Shown here in pieces: positions 18,899-28,772 of a DNA stretch of 64,000 nt. Position numbers and translations under genes: made by a program. Numbering within the stretch: position 1 is the first letter of the stretch; every line of letters begins with the position of its first letter. Source of the stretch: Bacteroidota bacterium (GTDB lineage Bacteria > Bacteroidota > Bacteroidia > Palsa-965); assembly GCA_006218065.1 (NCBI GenBank), contig VBWE01000014.1, positions 1,618-65,617 on the forward strand, given 5' to 3'. Under the pieces are notes generated by a model. It made no database searches. It saw only the letters and a list, made by a program, of their open reading frames with translations, and had not been told where the DNA came from.

Positions 18899-20488
18899 TT
18901 AAACGGGATAGTTCTCATTCCACATCGCGCCGAGTATTCTCACGCTGGATTTGGCGGAAGCCTGTACCGGGAATTTCTGCACGAACGGCGTTGACGTGGC
19001 TTTTGCGACAAACCAGAGGTGAAAGATCACGAGTTCGGAACTCCTGATTTTCCAGGCATTGTTCCCGTCGGCCCGGTCCAGATTTTCTATAACCAGTTTG
19101 GCATTCTCGAAAACCTGGCGGTAGTCGAAATGATATTTGACGATGTCACGGAGAATTTCATAGATCAGTCTTGCACGTCCCTGTTTTCCTTTATCCTTCG
19201 AAATGGTCCGGAGGTGCATGTTCAGGTTGTGGATTCTGCCGCTGGCCTCGTCGTCCTGCAACACTTCAAGCGTATTCATAATCGTTAAAATGCGGATGCC
19301 GATGTTCCAGCCTTCCGTATCGTTTTCGATCGGGTTGATCACGGCCAGTATCTGCCCGGCCTGTTCATACCGTTTAAGCATAAACAGCGTGCATGCTTTG
19401 AAATAATCGTATTTCCCTTTCCGGAATTCCCCGATCGTTTCGATGTCCTGGGCCAGGACGGAATTGATATTGTCAAGCGCCTTTTCATATTCCCCGGAAT
19501 AAAACAGGGACAGGATAATGACTTCTTTGGCGTGCTGGTAATTGAAAGAGCCGGTCTTCAGGTACTTCAGCGATTCTCTTCCGTTGTTCAGGGCCTGCTC
19601 GAACTGGAACGAGTAAAGCGCATTTTCCGCGATGCTCGCCAGGACAAGTCCTTTTCTCGTCTCAGTATAAATGGATTGTCTTTTCTCGAGCAGGTGCAAT
19701 ATTTCGTAAAGCGCTTTTCTCACCCGCGGGTAATCGTCGATTATTTCATACAAATGCGCTTTGAGATAATAATAGTAATACCCGACGACAGCTGAATTCG
19801 ACGCTTCATAATACTTGGCAAGTTCTTCGATGGTCGCTTCCAGTTCCTGTATCCCGGTTTCTCCTTTGGTGGAATAATCGTCCCGTACAATTAAGTTGTG
19901 GTAACTGATCTCCGCTTCCGCTACGGCGTGACGGCAGTATTCGGAATGTTTATATTCGTCGAGGTACTTCTGCGCGAATTTGATCCCTTTTACGAGAGAC
20001 TGAATTTTATAGAGATGCAGCAAAGCAGCCTGCAGGTCATCGTAAATTTCGAACAGCCGTGCTTTTTCCGCAACGGCGGAGAAGAGGAAAACGGCCAGTT
20101 CATGATCTCCGCGTTCGATCAGGATCTGGGCGCATAAAAGCCGTTTGCGTACTTCGATAATGGCCCGGGCTCTTTCCGAATAGGCGTCTTCGCGTTTTAC
20201 GTTGACGTCCAATAATAGGGTTTCTAAAATTTTATCCCGGAGGCGGAGAATCAGCCGGTCGAAAGCGACAACTCCCATCTCCCCGTAAATAGCATACATC
20301 GCTTCGTTTTCATTCAGCGTCCTGCCCGCATCTTTCGACATGAGTATTTCGTAAAGCCGCATGGCTTTCGTTACGGCCTTTTCTCCTCTTTTGTGAAAAG
20401 ACCGCAAATACATCCTCAGGATGGCATGTTCATCGTCTGATAGAACATCCAGTAACCTGGAAATCGATTTCAGGGCTCCGGAACTCAT
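18899..20488 (-). CDS. Hypothetical all-alpha (TPR-like) protein.
   Basis: The 529 aa ORF has uniform composition and helical repeat character. No recognisable catalytic or DNA-binding motif was found. Confidence 0.55.
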   Translation of the reverse strand: MSSGALKSISRLLDVLSDDEHAILRMYLRSFHKRGEKAVTKAMRLYEILMSKDAGRTLNENEAMYAIYGEMGVVAFDRLILRLRDKILETLLLDVNVKREDAYSERARAIIEVRKRLLCAQILIERGDHELAVFLFSAVAEKARLFEIYDDLQAALLHLYKIQSLVKGIKFAQKYLDEYKHSEYCRHAVAEAEISYHNLIVRDDYSTKGETGIQELEATIEELAKYYEASNSAVVGYYYYYLKAHLYEIIDDYPRVRKALYEILHLLEKRQSIYTETRKGLVLASIAENALYSFQFEQALNNGRESLKYLKTGSFNYQHAKEVIILSLFYSGEYEKALDNINSVLAQDIETIGEFRKGKYDYFKACTLFMLKRYEQAGQILAVINPIENDTEGWNIGIRILTIMNTLEVLQDDEASGRIHNLNMHLRTISKDKGKQGRARLIYEILRDIVKYHFDYRQVFENAKLVIENLDRADGNNAWKIRSSELVIFHLWFVAKATSTPFVQKFPVQASAKSSVRILGAMWNENYPV

Positions 20489-20962
20489 ATAAGTAATTGA
20501 TTTTCATGTACTTATTTGACTGTCGTGAAAACGCCCTTTTTTGATCGTTTTTGACCGCCCGTCCCCTGATTTTTGAGTGAACCAAAAATCAAAAGATCAT
20601 GCTGTTCATTTGCGATTTCTTCAAGTGGATCAACGGTATCATTACCGGTATCCAGGATGGTTTAGGCCTTTGAAACCAGTAAAGCCTTAGCCTTCAGCGC
20701 TATCCCGTGTCATGTCAGTCGTCCGTCAAAACATTGATATGACACGGGTTTTTCACTATTTTATTTATAGCAAAATATAAATAAGAATCTATTTAAACAA
20801 ATAAATAAGGATATAGTTATTCCATTTGTTTAAGACATCCGTAAAAACCCCTGTTTGGGGTATTACAAATGGCAGCCGGGCGGGTTTTTCACCGGACTTC
20901 CCGCTAATATTTCCACGCATCGGACCGCGGTCCCCGCAAAAAGCGGTTCATGCTATTTTTAG

Positions 20963-20970
20963 TACCTTTG
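20963..20970 (+). promoter_or_regulatory. Candidate Bacteroidota sigma-A -7 box (TACCTTTG, matching TAnnTTTG) about 32 bp upstream of purF.
   Basis: The call rests on a motif match only. It is followed by a perfect 7 bp inverted repeat GTCTCTC-N14-GAGAGAC (20968-20996) directly before the ATG. Confidence 0.3.
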
Positions 20971-21001
20971 TCTCTCTTTTCCAACGAGCAGAGAGACCGA
21001 C

Positions 21002-22900
21002 ATGAGCGAAGCGATCAAACACGAGTGCGGTATAGCGCTGATCAGACTCTTAAAACCCTACCAATACTATATTGACAAGTATGGCACGCCGATGTACGGC
21101 CTGAACAAGTTATGCCTGCTCATGCAGAAGCAGCATAACCGCGGGCAGGACGGGGGCGGGGTAGCGACCATCAAATTCGATATGCAGCCGGGACACCGGT
21201 ACATCAGCCGCTACCGTTCCACTTCCTCTTCGGCCATCAAAGAAATCTTCGACAAGATCCACGTCAAATTCGAAGACGTGCTGAAAAAAAATCCTGCCCG
21301 GCTGAAAGACGCCGAGTACCTGAAACGCAACGTAGCCTTTACCGGCGAACTGCTTCTCGGCCACCTGCGTTACGGTACTTACGGGAAAAACAGCATCGAA
21401 AACTGTCATCCTTTCCTGCGCCAGAATAACTGGATTACGCGGAACCTGGTTGTTGCCGGCAATTTTAACCTGACCAATGTCGACGAACTGTTCGCTCACC
21501 TGGTCGAGATCGGGCAGCACCCGAAAGAAAAAGCCGACACGGTGACCGTGATGGAAAAAATCGGCCACTTCCTCGATCGTGAAGTGGAACGCCTTTTCCA
21601 GAAACATAAATCGGAAGACGTCAGCAACAAAGACCTGACCGACCTCATCGGCCGCGATATGAATATCCAGGCCGTGCTGCGCGATGCAGGAAAAAAATGG
21701 GATGGCGGATATACCATGGCCGGTATGCTGGGACACGGCGATGCTTTCGTGCTTCGCGACCCGAACGGAATCCGCCCTGCGTATTATTTCGCCGACGATG
21801 AAGTCGTCGTAGTGGCTTCCGAACGTCCCGCGATCCAGACCGCCTTCAACGTGCCGATCGATGAGGTGAAGGAGATCAGCCCGGGATGCGCGCTCATCAT
21901 CAAAAAAAGCGGCGAATGGTCCGAGAAACAGGTCCGCACGCCGCGCGAAAAAAAATCATGCTCCTTCGAGCGCATCTATTTCTCGCGCGGAAGTGACAAA
22001 AGCATTTACGAGGAACGCAAGAACCTCGGCCGCCAGCTGACTTCCTCCGTACTCAAAACGGTGGATTACGACCTGAAGAATACCGTTTTTTCATACATCC
22101 CGAATACCGCGGAAGTCGCTTTCCACGGGCTTGTTGAAGGACTGCACCATTACCTCAACACCGTAAAGCGCCACAAAATCCTGACCATGGATAAAGTGGC
22201 CGACCCGGAACTTTCGGAAATTCTCTCGCTTCAGCCGCGCATCGAAAAAATTCCGATCAAGGATGTCAAGCTGCGCACCTTCATCACGTCCGACGACGAC
22301 CGCGACGATATGGTGGCGCACGTTTACGATACGACTTACGGCGTAGTGAAACGCGGCACGGATAACCTGGTGGTCCTCGACGATTCGATCGTCCGCGGAA
22401 CGACGCTTCGCCAGAGTATCCTGAAAATGCTCGATCGTCTCGGTCCGAAAAAGATCGTGGTCGTTTCTTCCGCCCCGCAGATCCGTTATCCCGACTGCTA
22501 CGGTATCGATATGGCCAAGATGGGTGATTTCATTGCTTTCCAGGCGGCAGTAGAATTGCTTCGCGACAATTTCCGCGAAAACCTGCTGGAAGAAGTATAT
22601 GAAAAAGCCAAACTGATGGAAGATCTTCCCAAGCCGCAGATCACCAACGTGGTCAAAGAAATTTACGCGTCTTTCACACCCGAACAGATCTCCGTGAAAA
22701 TAGCGCAGTTGCTCACCCCGCCCGGGCTGCAGGCGGAAGTGGAAATTATTTACCAGACCATCGAAGGCCTCCACAATGCCTGCCCCGATCACAGCGGCGA
22801 CTGGTATTTCTCCGGCGATTATCCCACGCCCGGCGGAAACAAAGTGGTGAACCGCTCCTTCATCAACTACATGGAAGGAAAAAACGTCCGCGCCTATTAA
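21002..22900 (+). CDS. purF: Amidophosphoribosyltransferase, long Bacteroidota-type class II glutamine amidotransferase.
   Basis: The N-terminal MSEAIKHECGI carries the Ntn cysteine. The C-terminal half has a PRTase fold (VVLDDSIVRGTT). Confidence 0.85.
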   Translation: MSEAIKHECGIALIRLLKPYQYYIDKYGTPMYGLNKLCLLMQKQHNRGQDGGGVATIKFDMQPGHRYISRYRSTSSSAIKEIFDKIHVKFEDVLKKNPARLKDAEYLKRNVAFTGELLLGHLRYGTYGKNSIENCHPFLRQNNWITRNLVVAGNFNLTNVDELFAHLVEIGQHPKEKADTVTVMEKIGHFLDREVERLFQKHKSEDVSNKDLTDLIGRDMNIQAVLRDAGKKWDGGYTMAGMLGHGDAFVLRDPNGIRPAYYFADDEVVVVASERPAIQTAFNVPIDEVKEISPGCALIIKKSGEWSEKQVRTPREKKSCSFERIYFSRGSDKSIYEERKNLGRQLTSSVLKTVDYDLKNTVFSYIPNTAEVAFHGLVEGLHHYLNTVKRHKILTMDKVADPELSEILSLQPRIEKIPIKDVKLRTFITSDDDRDDMVAHVYDTTYGVVKRGTDNLVVLDDSIVRGTTLRQSILKMLDRLGPKKIVVVSSAPQIRYPDCYGIDMAKMGDFIAFQAAVELLRDNFRENLLEEVYEKAKLMEDLPKPQITNVVKEIYASFTPEQISVKIAQLLTPPGLQAEVEIIYQTIEGLHNACPDHSGDWYFSGDYPTPGGNKVVNRSFINYMEGKNVRAY

Positions 22901-23137
22901 CCAATTTTCGATTGCCGATTGGGGATTGCCGATTGTATTTTCTTACCGGCTACCCGCATAAATCGTAAGTCCAAAACCGTCAATGGGAAATACGTTTTCC
23001 ACTCATCCGCTATTCTTTCCCATTCGTCGGTTAAGCTGTTCACCGCATCGTTTTTTCAGCCGGGAGGCATTTTTTGCACCGAAATTTGCAGAGTCAAAAG
23101 GGAACAACCGCCCTGAACCGGGTTCAAAAAAAGGATC

Positions 23138-23380
23138 ATGTCAGAAACTGAAGCAGTGGATACGGAACTCATGGATAAAGATCATAAGAAGGAACTGGCG
23201 GTGAGGATGCGGGAAATGCGGATCCAGCTTATCAAGGAAAAGCACCCGGTTTATGCCGCGTTTAGTTTTGGTTCATATACGGATGAAAAAGTAGCAGAAA
23301 TGTACCGCAAGCTGGTAGAAGAGAACGATACGGAGGGAAGTTTGCCCCCAGAGGGCGACCAGCATACGGGAGCGCAATGA
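23138..23380 (+). CDS. Small hypothetical charged/helical protein (80 aa).
   Basis: This is an ORF only. Its codon usage is consistent with its neighbours. Confidence 0.3.
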   Translation: MSETEAVDTELMDKDHKKELAVRMREMRIQLIKEKHPVYAAFSFGSYTDEKVAEMYRKLVEENDTEGSLPPEGDQHTGAQ

Positions 23381-23473
23381 GTGTGTAGGGTTATGTTGTT
23401 TTGTGCTCCTGTGAAAGGGGTCCTGGTAAACGGGGCTCCTTTCTTCTTTTTTCTCTAAATTGTCAGCTGTGTT

Positions 23474-26400
23474 ATGCGTTTACTCAAAGGATTTTACGAT
23501 CTCGAATTGCTTGCCGAACGCGCCGTTTTCCTCGCAGCGGCAATCACCATTCCTTTCGACGCCCTGCTGCACGGTGCTTTTGCCGCCGGCTCGCCGGAAA
23601 ATCCACTGAACCGGGTTATTCCCCCCGCGGTTGCGCTGGTTTTTTTCCTGCTCAGCCTGACCGGTAAATTCAACAAACGTTTTTTCGAATCCGCCACCTA
23701 TATCGTCATCGGCCTGTTCATGCTGCAGATCGGGTACCTGAATCACGTGTACCGGTTCAATGCCAACGAAAGCCTGCTGCTGGTGGCTGCCATGCTGCTG
23801 TTCAGTCTTTACTTCAGCAAGCTGCTGCCGCTGGTCATTTACCTTTCGGCATCGATGATGTATATCATCGCAGTACTACAATACACGCCTGACGCTGAAG
23901 TCGATCCCGATTCATTTATCCCGCGGTTCATGATGGGCGTGGTGATCGCTTTTATTCTTTCACGCGCCGGGCAGATCGTACAGGAAAAACTGCGTCTGTC
24001 GCGTGACGAACTGCAGCAAAAAAACAAAGAGCTGGAAGAAGTCCGGGGCAAGCTCGAATCCACGCTGAATTTCCAGCAAAGACTCTCGCTCGTGGCCGAC
24101 CGCACCACCAATGCAGTCATCATCACCGACAGCAGCGATTGTATCGAATGGGTAAACGAAGGTTTTACGCGCATCACCGGGTATACGGTGGAAGAAAGCA
24201 AAGGCCGCACACTTGAATTTTTACGTGGCGCCGCCACCGATCCCGAAACGGTGAAACGGATCGGCGAACGGCTGCTGCTGCGCAAACCGTTCGTGGATGA
24301 AATTCTGAACTACCGGAAAAACGGCACGCCGGTCTGGTTGCACATTCACGTAACGCCCATCCTGGATGATGCCGGGAAACTGGTCCGCTGCGTTTCCATC
24401 CAGGAAGATGTTACCGAACAAAAGCGCGTGGAAGAAGAGTTGCGCCACAGCCGCGAGCAGTTGAACATGGCCCAGCGCCTGGCGCAGATGGGACACTGGG
24501 AACTGCAGCCGCGCACACAGCAGTTCCAGGCTTCGGAAGAAACCGCGCGCATGTTCGGCGTGGAAGATACCGGCCGGATAGATGCCGCTATTTTCCGTTC
24601 GCGCATTCACCCCGATGATATCGACATGCTCGATAAGGTGCTCAAGGCTACGCTGAAAAGACGGTCGCCTTTTGAGATCGACCTGCGCATTATCGTCGGC
24701 GGGCAGCTTCGCCATATTTACATGATCGGTGAAGCGATCGCCGGGAAGGACGGGAACACGGAGAAAATTTTCGGAACCGTACAGGACATCACTGAACGGA
24801 AACGTATCGAAGAAGAACTGCGCCTTACGGAACTGCGTTTCCGGAAACTGTTCGAAAATTCGCAGCTGATGATCATTTCGCACGGCTTCGACGGAAGGAT
24901 ATTCAGCATCAACGCATCGGGCGCGCATGCACTGGGCTACGAGCCGGAAGAGCTGATCGGTTACAATGTGCGCAACTACATGGCGCCGAAAACCCAGGCG
25001 ATCTTTGAAAAGTATACGCAGGATATCATCCGGGCGGGACAGATGGGCGGTACCATGACGCTGATGCGCCGCGACGGATCGGAAGGCATCTGGATTTTCC
25101 GCAGCATCGTGCTCGACGATTCCGACGGCAACCCGTATATCCTCGGCAGTTGCCTCGATATCACGGAACGTTATGAAATGGAAAACGAGCTGAAGAAAGC
25201 GAAAGACGTTGCCGAAAAAGCGCTCGTGGCCAAAGACCGTTTCGTGGCGAATATCAGCCACGAAATACGTACGCCGATGAACGCGATCATCGGTTTTACC
25301 GACGTGCTGCTCGGAACCGAGCTCGACCGGGAGCAGTACGAATCGATCGATGCGGTGCGTTCGGCGGGCGAGAACCTGCTCGCGATCATCAACGACCTGC
25401 TCGACCTTTCGAAAATCGAAGCGGGCAAACTGCAGTTCGAGGAAAGACCGATGAACCTGCGCGAAGTGATGGGCGATGTGCATAAACTGCTTTCGTACCG
25501 ATCGGCTGACCGGCTGATCGAATTCACCTGGCACTGCGACGAACAGGTACCGCAATACATACTCGGCGATTCGCTCAAACTGAACCAGGTGCTGATCAAC
25601 CTCGTGGGCAACGCGATCAAGTTCACAGAAAAGGGGTTCGTCCGTTTCGACTGCAGCATGATCTGGGAAGACAGCGAGAACTGCATGCTGCGTTTCCGCG
25701 TGGAAGACAGCGGGATCGGCATTCCGCAGGAAAAAACCGATCTCATTTTCGAACCGTTCACGCAGGCCAGCAGCGATTCGAATCGCAAATACGGCGGCAC
25801 CGGCCTGGGCCTGAGCATCGCCAGGGACCTGGTAGAACTGCAGGGCGGAAGCATCGGCGTGGAAAGTGCGCCGGGAAAAGGATCGCTGTTCACCTTTACG
25901 CTCCCGGCAAAAAAAATAAACCCGGGAACGGTGCGCGAAGTGGAACAGGCCATGCTGCCCGATCACGTGCCTGCCGATATCCGCGTATTGCTGGTGGAAG
26001 ATCATCCGCTGAACCAGCAACTGGCGAAAAAACTGATCATCGATTTCGGTTTCGCGATCGACATCGCCGCGAACGGGCGCGCTGCGGTAGAAATGCTCCG
26101 GGCGGAAAAATACGACGTGGTGCTCATGGACCTGCAGATGCCGGAGATGGACGGCTACGAAGCCACGCAGTTCATCCGCAACGAAATGAAACTCGATGTG
26201 CCGATCGTTGCACTTACCGCGCATTCCATCGCAGGCGAAAGAGACAAGTGCCTGAAGATGGGCATGAACGATTATCTCTCCAAGCCTTTCCGTTCGCGCG
26301 ACCTGTATTTCAAAATCACGAGCAATACGATGAAGTACCGCAAGCTGCATACACCCGGAATCCCCGGTTCGATCACGGAGATCATCACGCCCGGCATGAC

Positions 26401-26728
26401 TCCTTTGCAGGAACTGGCGGCCGGGGACGTGAATTTCGAACGCGAGATGATCGCCATGCTGTTGCGGTCGATGCCCGACGATTATAACAACCTGCAGGAA
26501 GCGCTGAAATCGTTCGATCACAAAAAAGTGAAATCGCTTGCGCACCGGATGAAATCTTCAGTCGCCATGATCGGTGCGAAAACCTATGCCGGGAAACTGG
26601 AAGAGATGGAAAAACTTGCGCAATCCGCCGACCTGAAAACACTGCTGGAAAGGAATATCGTACTCCGCGCAGAGCAGGAGGAAATCATGGAGTATCTTAT
26701 TTCCCGGGAAACAGCGTTGAAGAACTGA
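23474..26728 (+). CDS. Hybrid sensor histidine kinase with an N-terminal multi-TM sensor, about 4 PAS domains, HisKA, HATPase, a receiver domain and a C-terminal Hpt domain.
   Basis: The N-terminus has 6 TM helices. NISHEIRTPMNAI is the H-box, DSGIGIP the G1 box and GGTGLGLSI the G2 box. VLLVEDHPLNQQ…DVVLMDLQMPEMDGYE is a receiver domain. HRMKSS…GA is the Hpt region. Confidence 0.9.
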   Translation: MRLLKGFYDLELLAERAVFLAAAITIPFDALLHGAFAAGSPENPLNRVIPPAVALVFFLLSLTGKFNKRFFESATYIVIGLFMLQIGYLNHVYRFNANESLLLVAAMLLFSLYFSKLLPLVIYLSASMMYIIAVLQYTPDAEVDPDSFIPRFMMGVVIAFILSRAGQIVQEKLRLSRDELQQKNKELEEVRGKLESTLNFQQRLSLVADRTTNAVIITDSSDCIEWVNEGFTRITGYTVEESKGRTLEFLRGAATDPETVKRIGERLLLRKPFVDEILNYRKNGTPVWLHIHVTPILDDAGKLVRCVSIQEDVTEQKRVEEELRHSREQLNMAQRLAQMGHWELQPRTQQFQASEETARMFGVEDTGRIDAAIFRSRIHPDDIDMLDKVLKATLKRRSPFEIDLRIIVGGQLRHIYMIGEAIAGKDGNTEKIFGTVQDITERKRIEEELRLTELRFRKLFENSQLMIISHGFDGRIFSINASGAHALGYEPEELIGYNVRNYMAPKTQAIFEKYTQDIIRAGQMGGTMTLMRRDGSEGIWIFRSIVLDDSDGNPYILGSCLDITERYEMENELKKAKDVAEKALVAKDRFVANISHEIRTPMNAIIGFTDVLLGTELDREQYESIDAVRSAGENLLAIINDLLDLSKIEAGKLQFEERPMNLREVMGDVHKLLSYRSADRLIEFTWHCDEQVPQYILGDSLKLNQVLINLVGNAIKFTEKGFVRFDCSMIWEDSENCMLRFRVEDSGIGIPQEKTDLIFEPFTQASSDSNRKYGGTGLGLSIARDLVELQGGSIGVESAPGKGSLFTFTLPAKKINPGTVREVEQAMLPDHVPADIRVLLVEDHPLNQQLAKKLIIDFGFAIDIAANGRAAVEMLRAEKYDVVLMDLQMPEMDGYEATQFIRNEMKLDVPIVALTAHSIAGERDKCLKMGMNDYLSKPFRSRDLYFKITSNTMKYRKLHTPGIPGSITEIITPGMTPLQELAAGDVNFEREMIAMLLRSMPDDYNNLQEALKSFDHKKVKSLAHRMKSSVAMIGAKTYAGKLEEMEKLAQSADLKTLLERNIVLRAEQEEIMEYLISRETALKN

Positions 26729-26786
26729 CCCGTTTAATGATGCAGTAAAAACTTCGGCAAAGAATTCCCTATGCCAGTCCCCAAAT

Positions 26787-28481
26787 TCAGTATTTGACAA
26801 TGCGGCGCGTCAGCCAGCCTTCGCCGGTATTCAGCCGGAGAAAATAAATTCCGGAGGTATAATCACCGAGCGGAATCTGGTACAGTGCATTTCCGCTGCC
26901 GATTATTTTTCCAGTGACATCCGACAGGAGGAACTCCGTGTAATTTCCCTGTATAAAAAGCAGGTCATGAACCGGGTTAGGATATAAAGCAAGCGCGGGA
27001 ACGCTGACTGATTCCTGCACTGCAGTTGATTCCGGCCCCCATCTGGCTAAAAAACCCTCGGTCATACCAAAATTATTAATCAGGTAAGTGCCGGTGCCCG
27101 GGTCAAGGTCGGTACTGTTTTCAATGTACCCGCCTAAAAACAAGTTTTCACTGATATCCGTTTTACAGCAATAAACTTCCTGTCGTACATTACTGCTGCC
27201 GATTGATTTGAGCGAGCTTAGAGATCCGTTTATTCCGGAAAGATACGCTACAAAAAAATCAGTATTGCCTGGTGTCGAATTCAGCATCATCACACCTGGA
27301 CCGGGATCAAAATCCAGGTTACCGGAATACGTTGCTGCCAAAACGATAGAGCCGGTTGTATAAAAATGCAATGCAAGTGAAGTGATGCAGCCGGTTGAAC
27401 AATGATAGGGTTGGAACCAGAGGAGAGAACCTGCGTTGTCTGTTTTTAATACGAATGCGCTGGCGGTTGGGCCGGAATTGTCTAAAGCGATGCCAGTACC
27501 GGGATCAAAATCAAAAGCAGGAACTGACGGTGTATAACCGGCAATGCAGATATTTCCGGAAGCATCACAGTGAAGCGCACAGGGTATGTTTGAGGTTCCC
27601 TGCTGGTTTCCGTATTGACCGGCGAAAACAAAATTTCCCGCAGTATTCAGTTTCAGCAGAAAGAGCGCACCCTGCGTATCCGTTAGTATGGCAGTTCCCG
27701 GCCCGGGATCAAAATCAGCGGAGTCATGAAACTCCCCGGTAAGCACAATATTTCCCTGCAGGTCCGTAGTCCCCGAGAAGAGTTTGTCAGCAGCAGAGGG
27801 AGATCCGAAAATTTTTGACCATAAATAGTTTCCTCCCGAATCCAATTGCAGTACATAACAATCCTGTCCGCCAATAGTGCCAGGACTGACAGTATTCGGA
27901 CCGGGATCAAAATCAACAGAATCATTCATTGTTCCGCCGATGGTTATCACCGTGTCAGCATGACAGGCCAGGAAAACACCATGCTCATCGGCGGCCGAGC
28001 GCAAACATTTTGCCCATGCCAGGTTGCCCGCACCATTAAACTTAAGAAGGAATGTATTATAATTCGAAGCATTCGAGAGCCAATTTACGCCCGGTCCGGG
28101 ATCAGCATCGAAATTATCGTTGAATTCCCCCATTACGTAAATATTGCCCGAAGCATCCGTTACTACCCGTTTCGCATATCCAAAACCGGTATTACCAAGG
28201 CTCATGCCCCATAAATAGTTGCCGCCGGCATCCAGTTTCTGGATAAAAATATCCGGTCCGCCTGGACCGTTCTCATAAAAATCAGAAAGACCCGGTCCGG
28301 GATCGAGGTCAACCTGCTGTACAAAATAACCTACGCTGATCACGTTGCCGGCCGGATCGATGGCCACATCCGAAACAGTAGAAAAATAGGCTGTCTGGTT
28401 TTCTGCCGCCCAATTGAAGAATTGCGCAGGAACTTTAACTGCCTGGAACAACACCAGTAAAACAAGGATGTTTTTTTTCAT
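26787..28481 (-). CDS. Secreted SBBP-repeat beta-propeller protein with a T9SS type A C-terminal domain.
   Basis: The product has a signal peptide and repeated D.(A/S)GN.Y..G.F motifs (DPAGNVISVGYF, DASGNIYVMGEF, DLQGNIVLTGEF…). The C-terminal ...LYPNPVHDLLFIQ…GIYFLRL…RIVKY is a T9SS tail. Confidence 0.8.
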   Translation of the reverse strand: MKKNILVLLVLFQAVKVPAQFFNWAAENQTAYFSTVSDVAIDPAGNVISVGYFVQQVDLDPGPGLSDFYENGPGGPDIFIQKLDAGGNYLWGMSLGNTGFGYAKRVVTDASGNIYVMGEFNDNFDADPGPGVNWLSNASNYNTFLLKFNGAGNLAWAKCLRSAADEHGVFLACHADTVITIGGTMNDSVDFDPGPNTVSPGTIGGQDCYVLQLDSGGNYLWSKIFGSPSAADKLFSGTTDLQGNIVLTGEFHDSADFDPGPGTAILTDTQGALFLLKLNTAGNFVFAGQYGNQQGTSNIPCALHCDASGNICIAGYTPSVPAFDFDPGTGIALDNSGPTASAFVLKTDNAGSLLWFQPYHCSTGCITSLALHFYTTGSIVLAATYSGNLDFDPGPGVMMLNSTPGNTDFFVAYLSGINGSLSSLKSIGSSNVRQEVYCCKTDISENLFLGGYIENSTDLDPGTGTYLINNFGMTEGFLARWGPESTAVQESVSVPALALYPNPVHDLLFIQGNYTEFLLSDVTGKIIGSGNALYQIPLGDYTSGIYFLRLNTGEGWLTRRIVKY

Positions 28482-28772
28482 GAATACTGCAGTTTAAATT
28501 CTGTGTTCCAGGTAGCGGGAGTGATGTTCATTGCTTCAAACGTACACAACAGGATTATTCCATGGCGTTGCAAATACAGCAGTAAAAGGTGTATTGGGAT
28601 AAAAGGAATAAAAGACGGTCAACTGGCCTGTTGCTGCTGTCTTTCCACCCAACTGATTTACGACAACGAAATCAACATTCCGGTTGACCGCAATAACAGT
28701 AGTATTATTGATCCAACCGAAACACCCGGCACGCGTGTGCAGTTCAAACAAACATTTTTGGCATTCGGAGTT

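Noticed and set aside
20489-21001. ZTP/purine riboswitch upstream of purF
   Set aside because: I could not recognise the conserved riboswitch cores in the sequence by eye. It is kept only as a generic structured leader pending a covariance-model scan.
24221-26545. 774 aa ORF antisense to the hybrid histidine kinase
   Set aside because: It is completely nested opposite a gene with strong domain evidence. It has an Arg/His-rich composition typical of a GC-biased antisense frame and no recognisable motifs.
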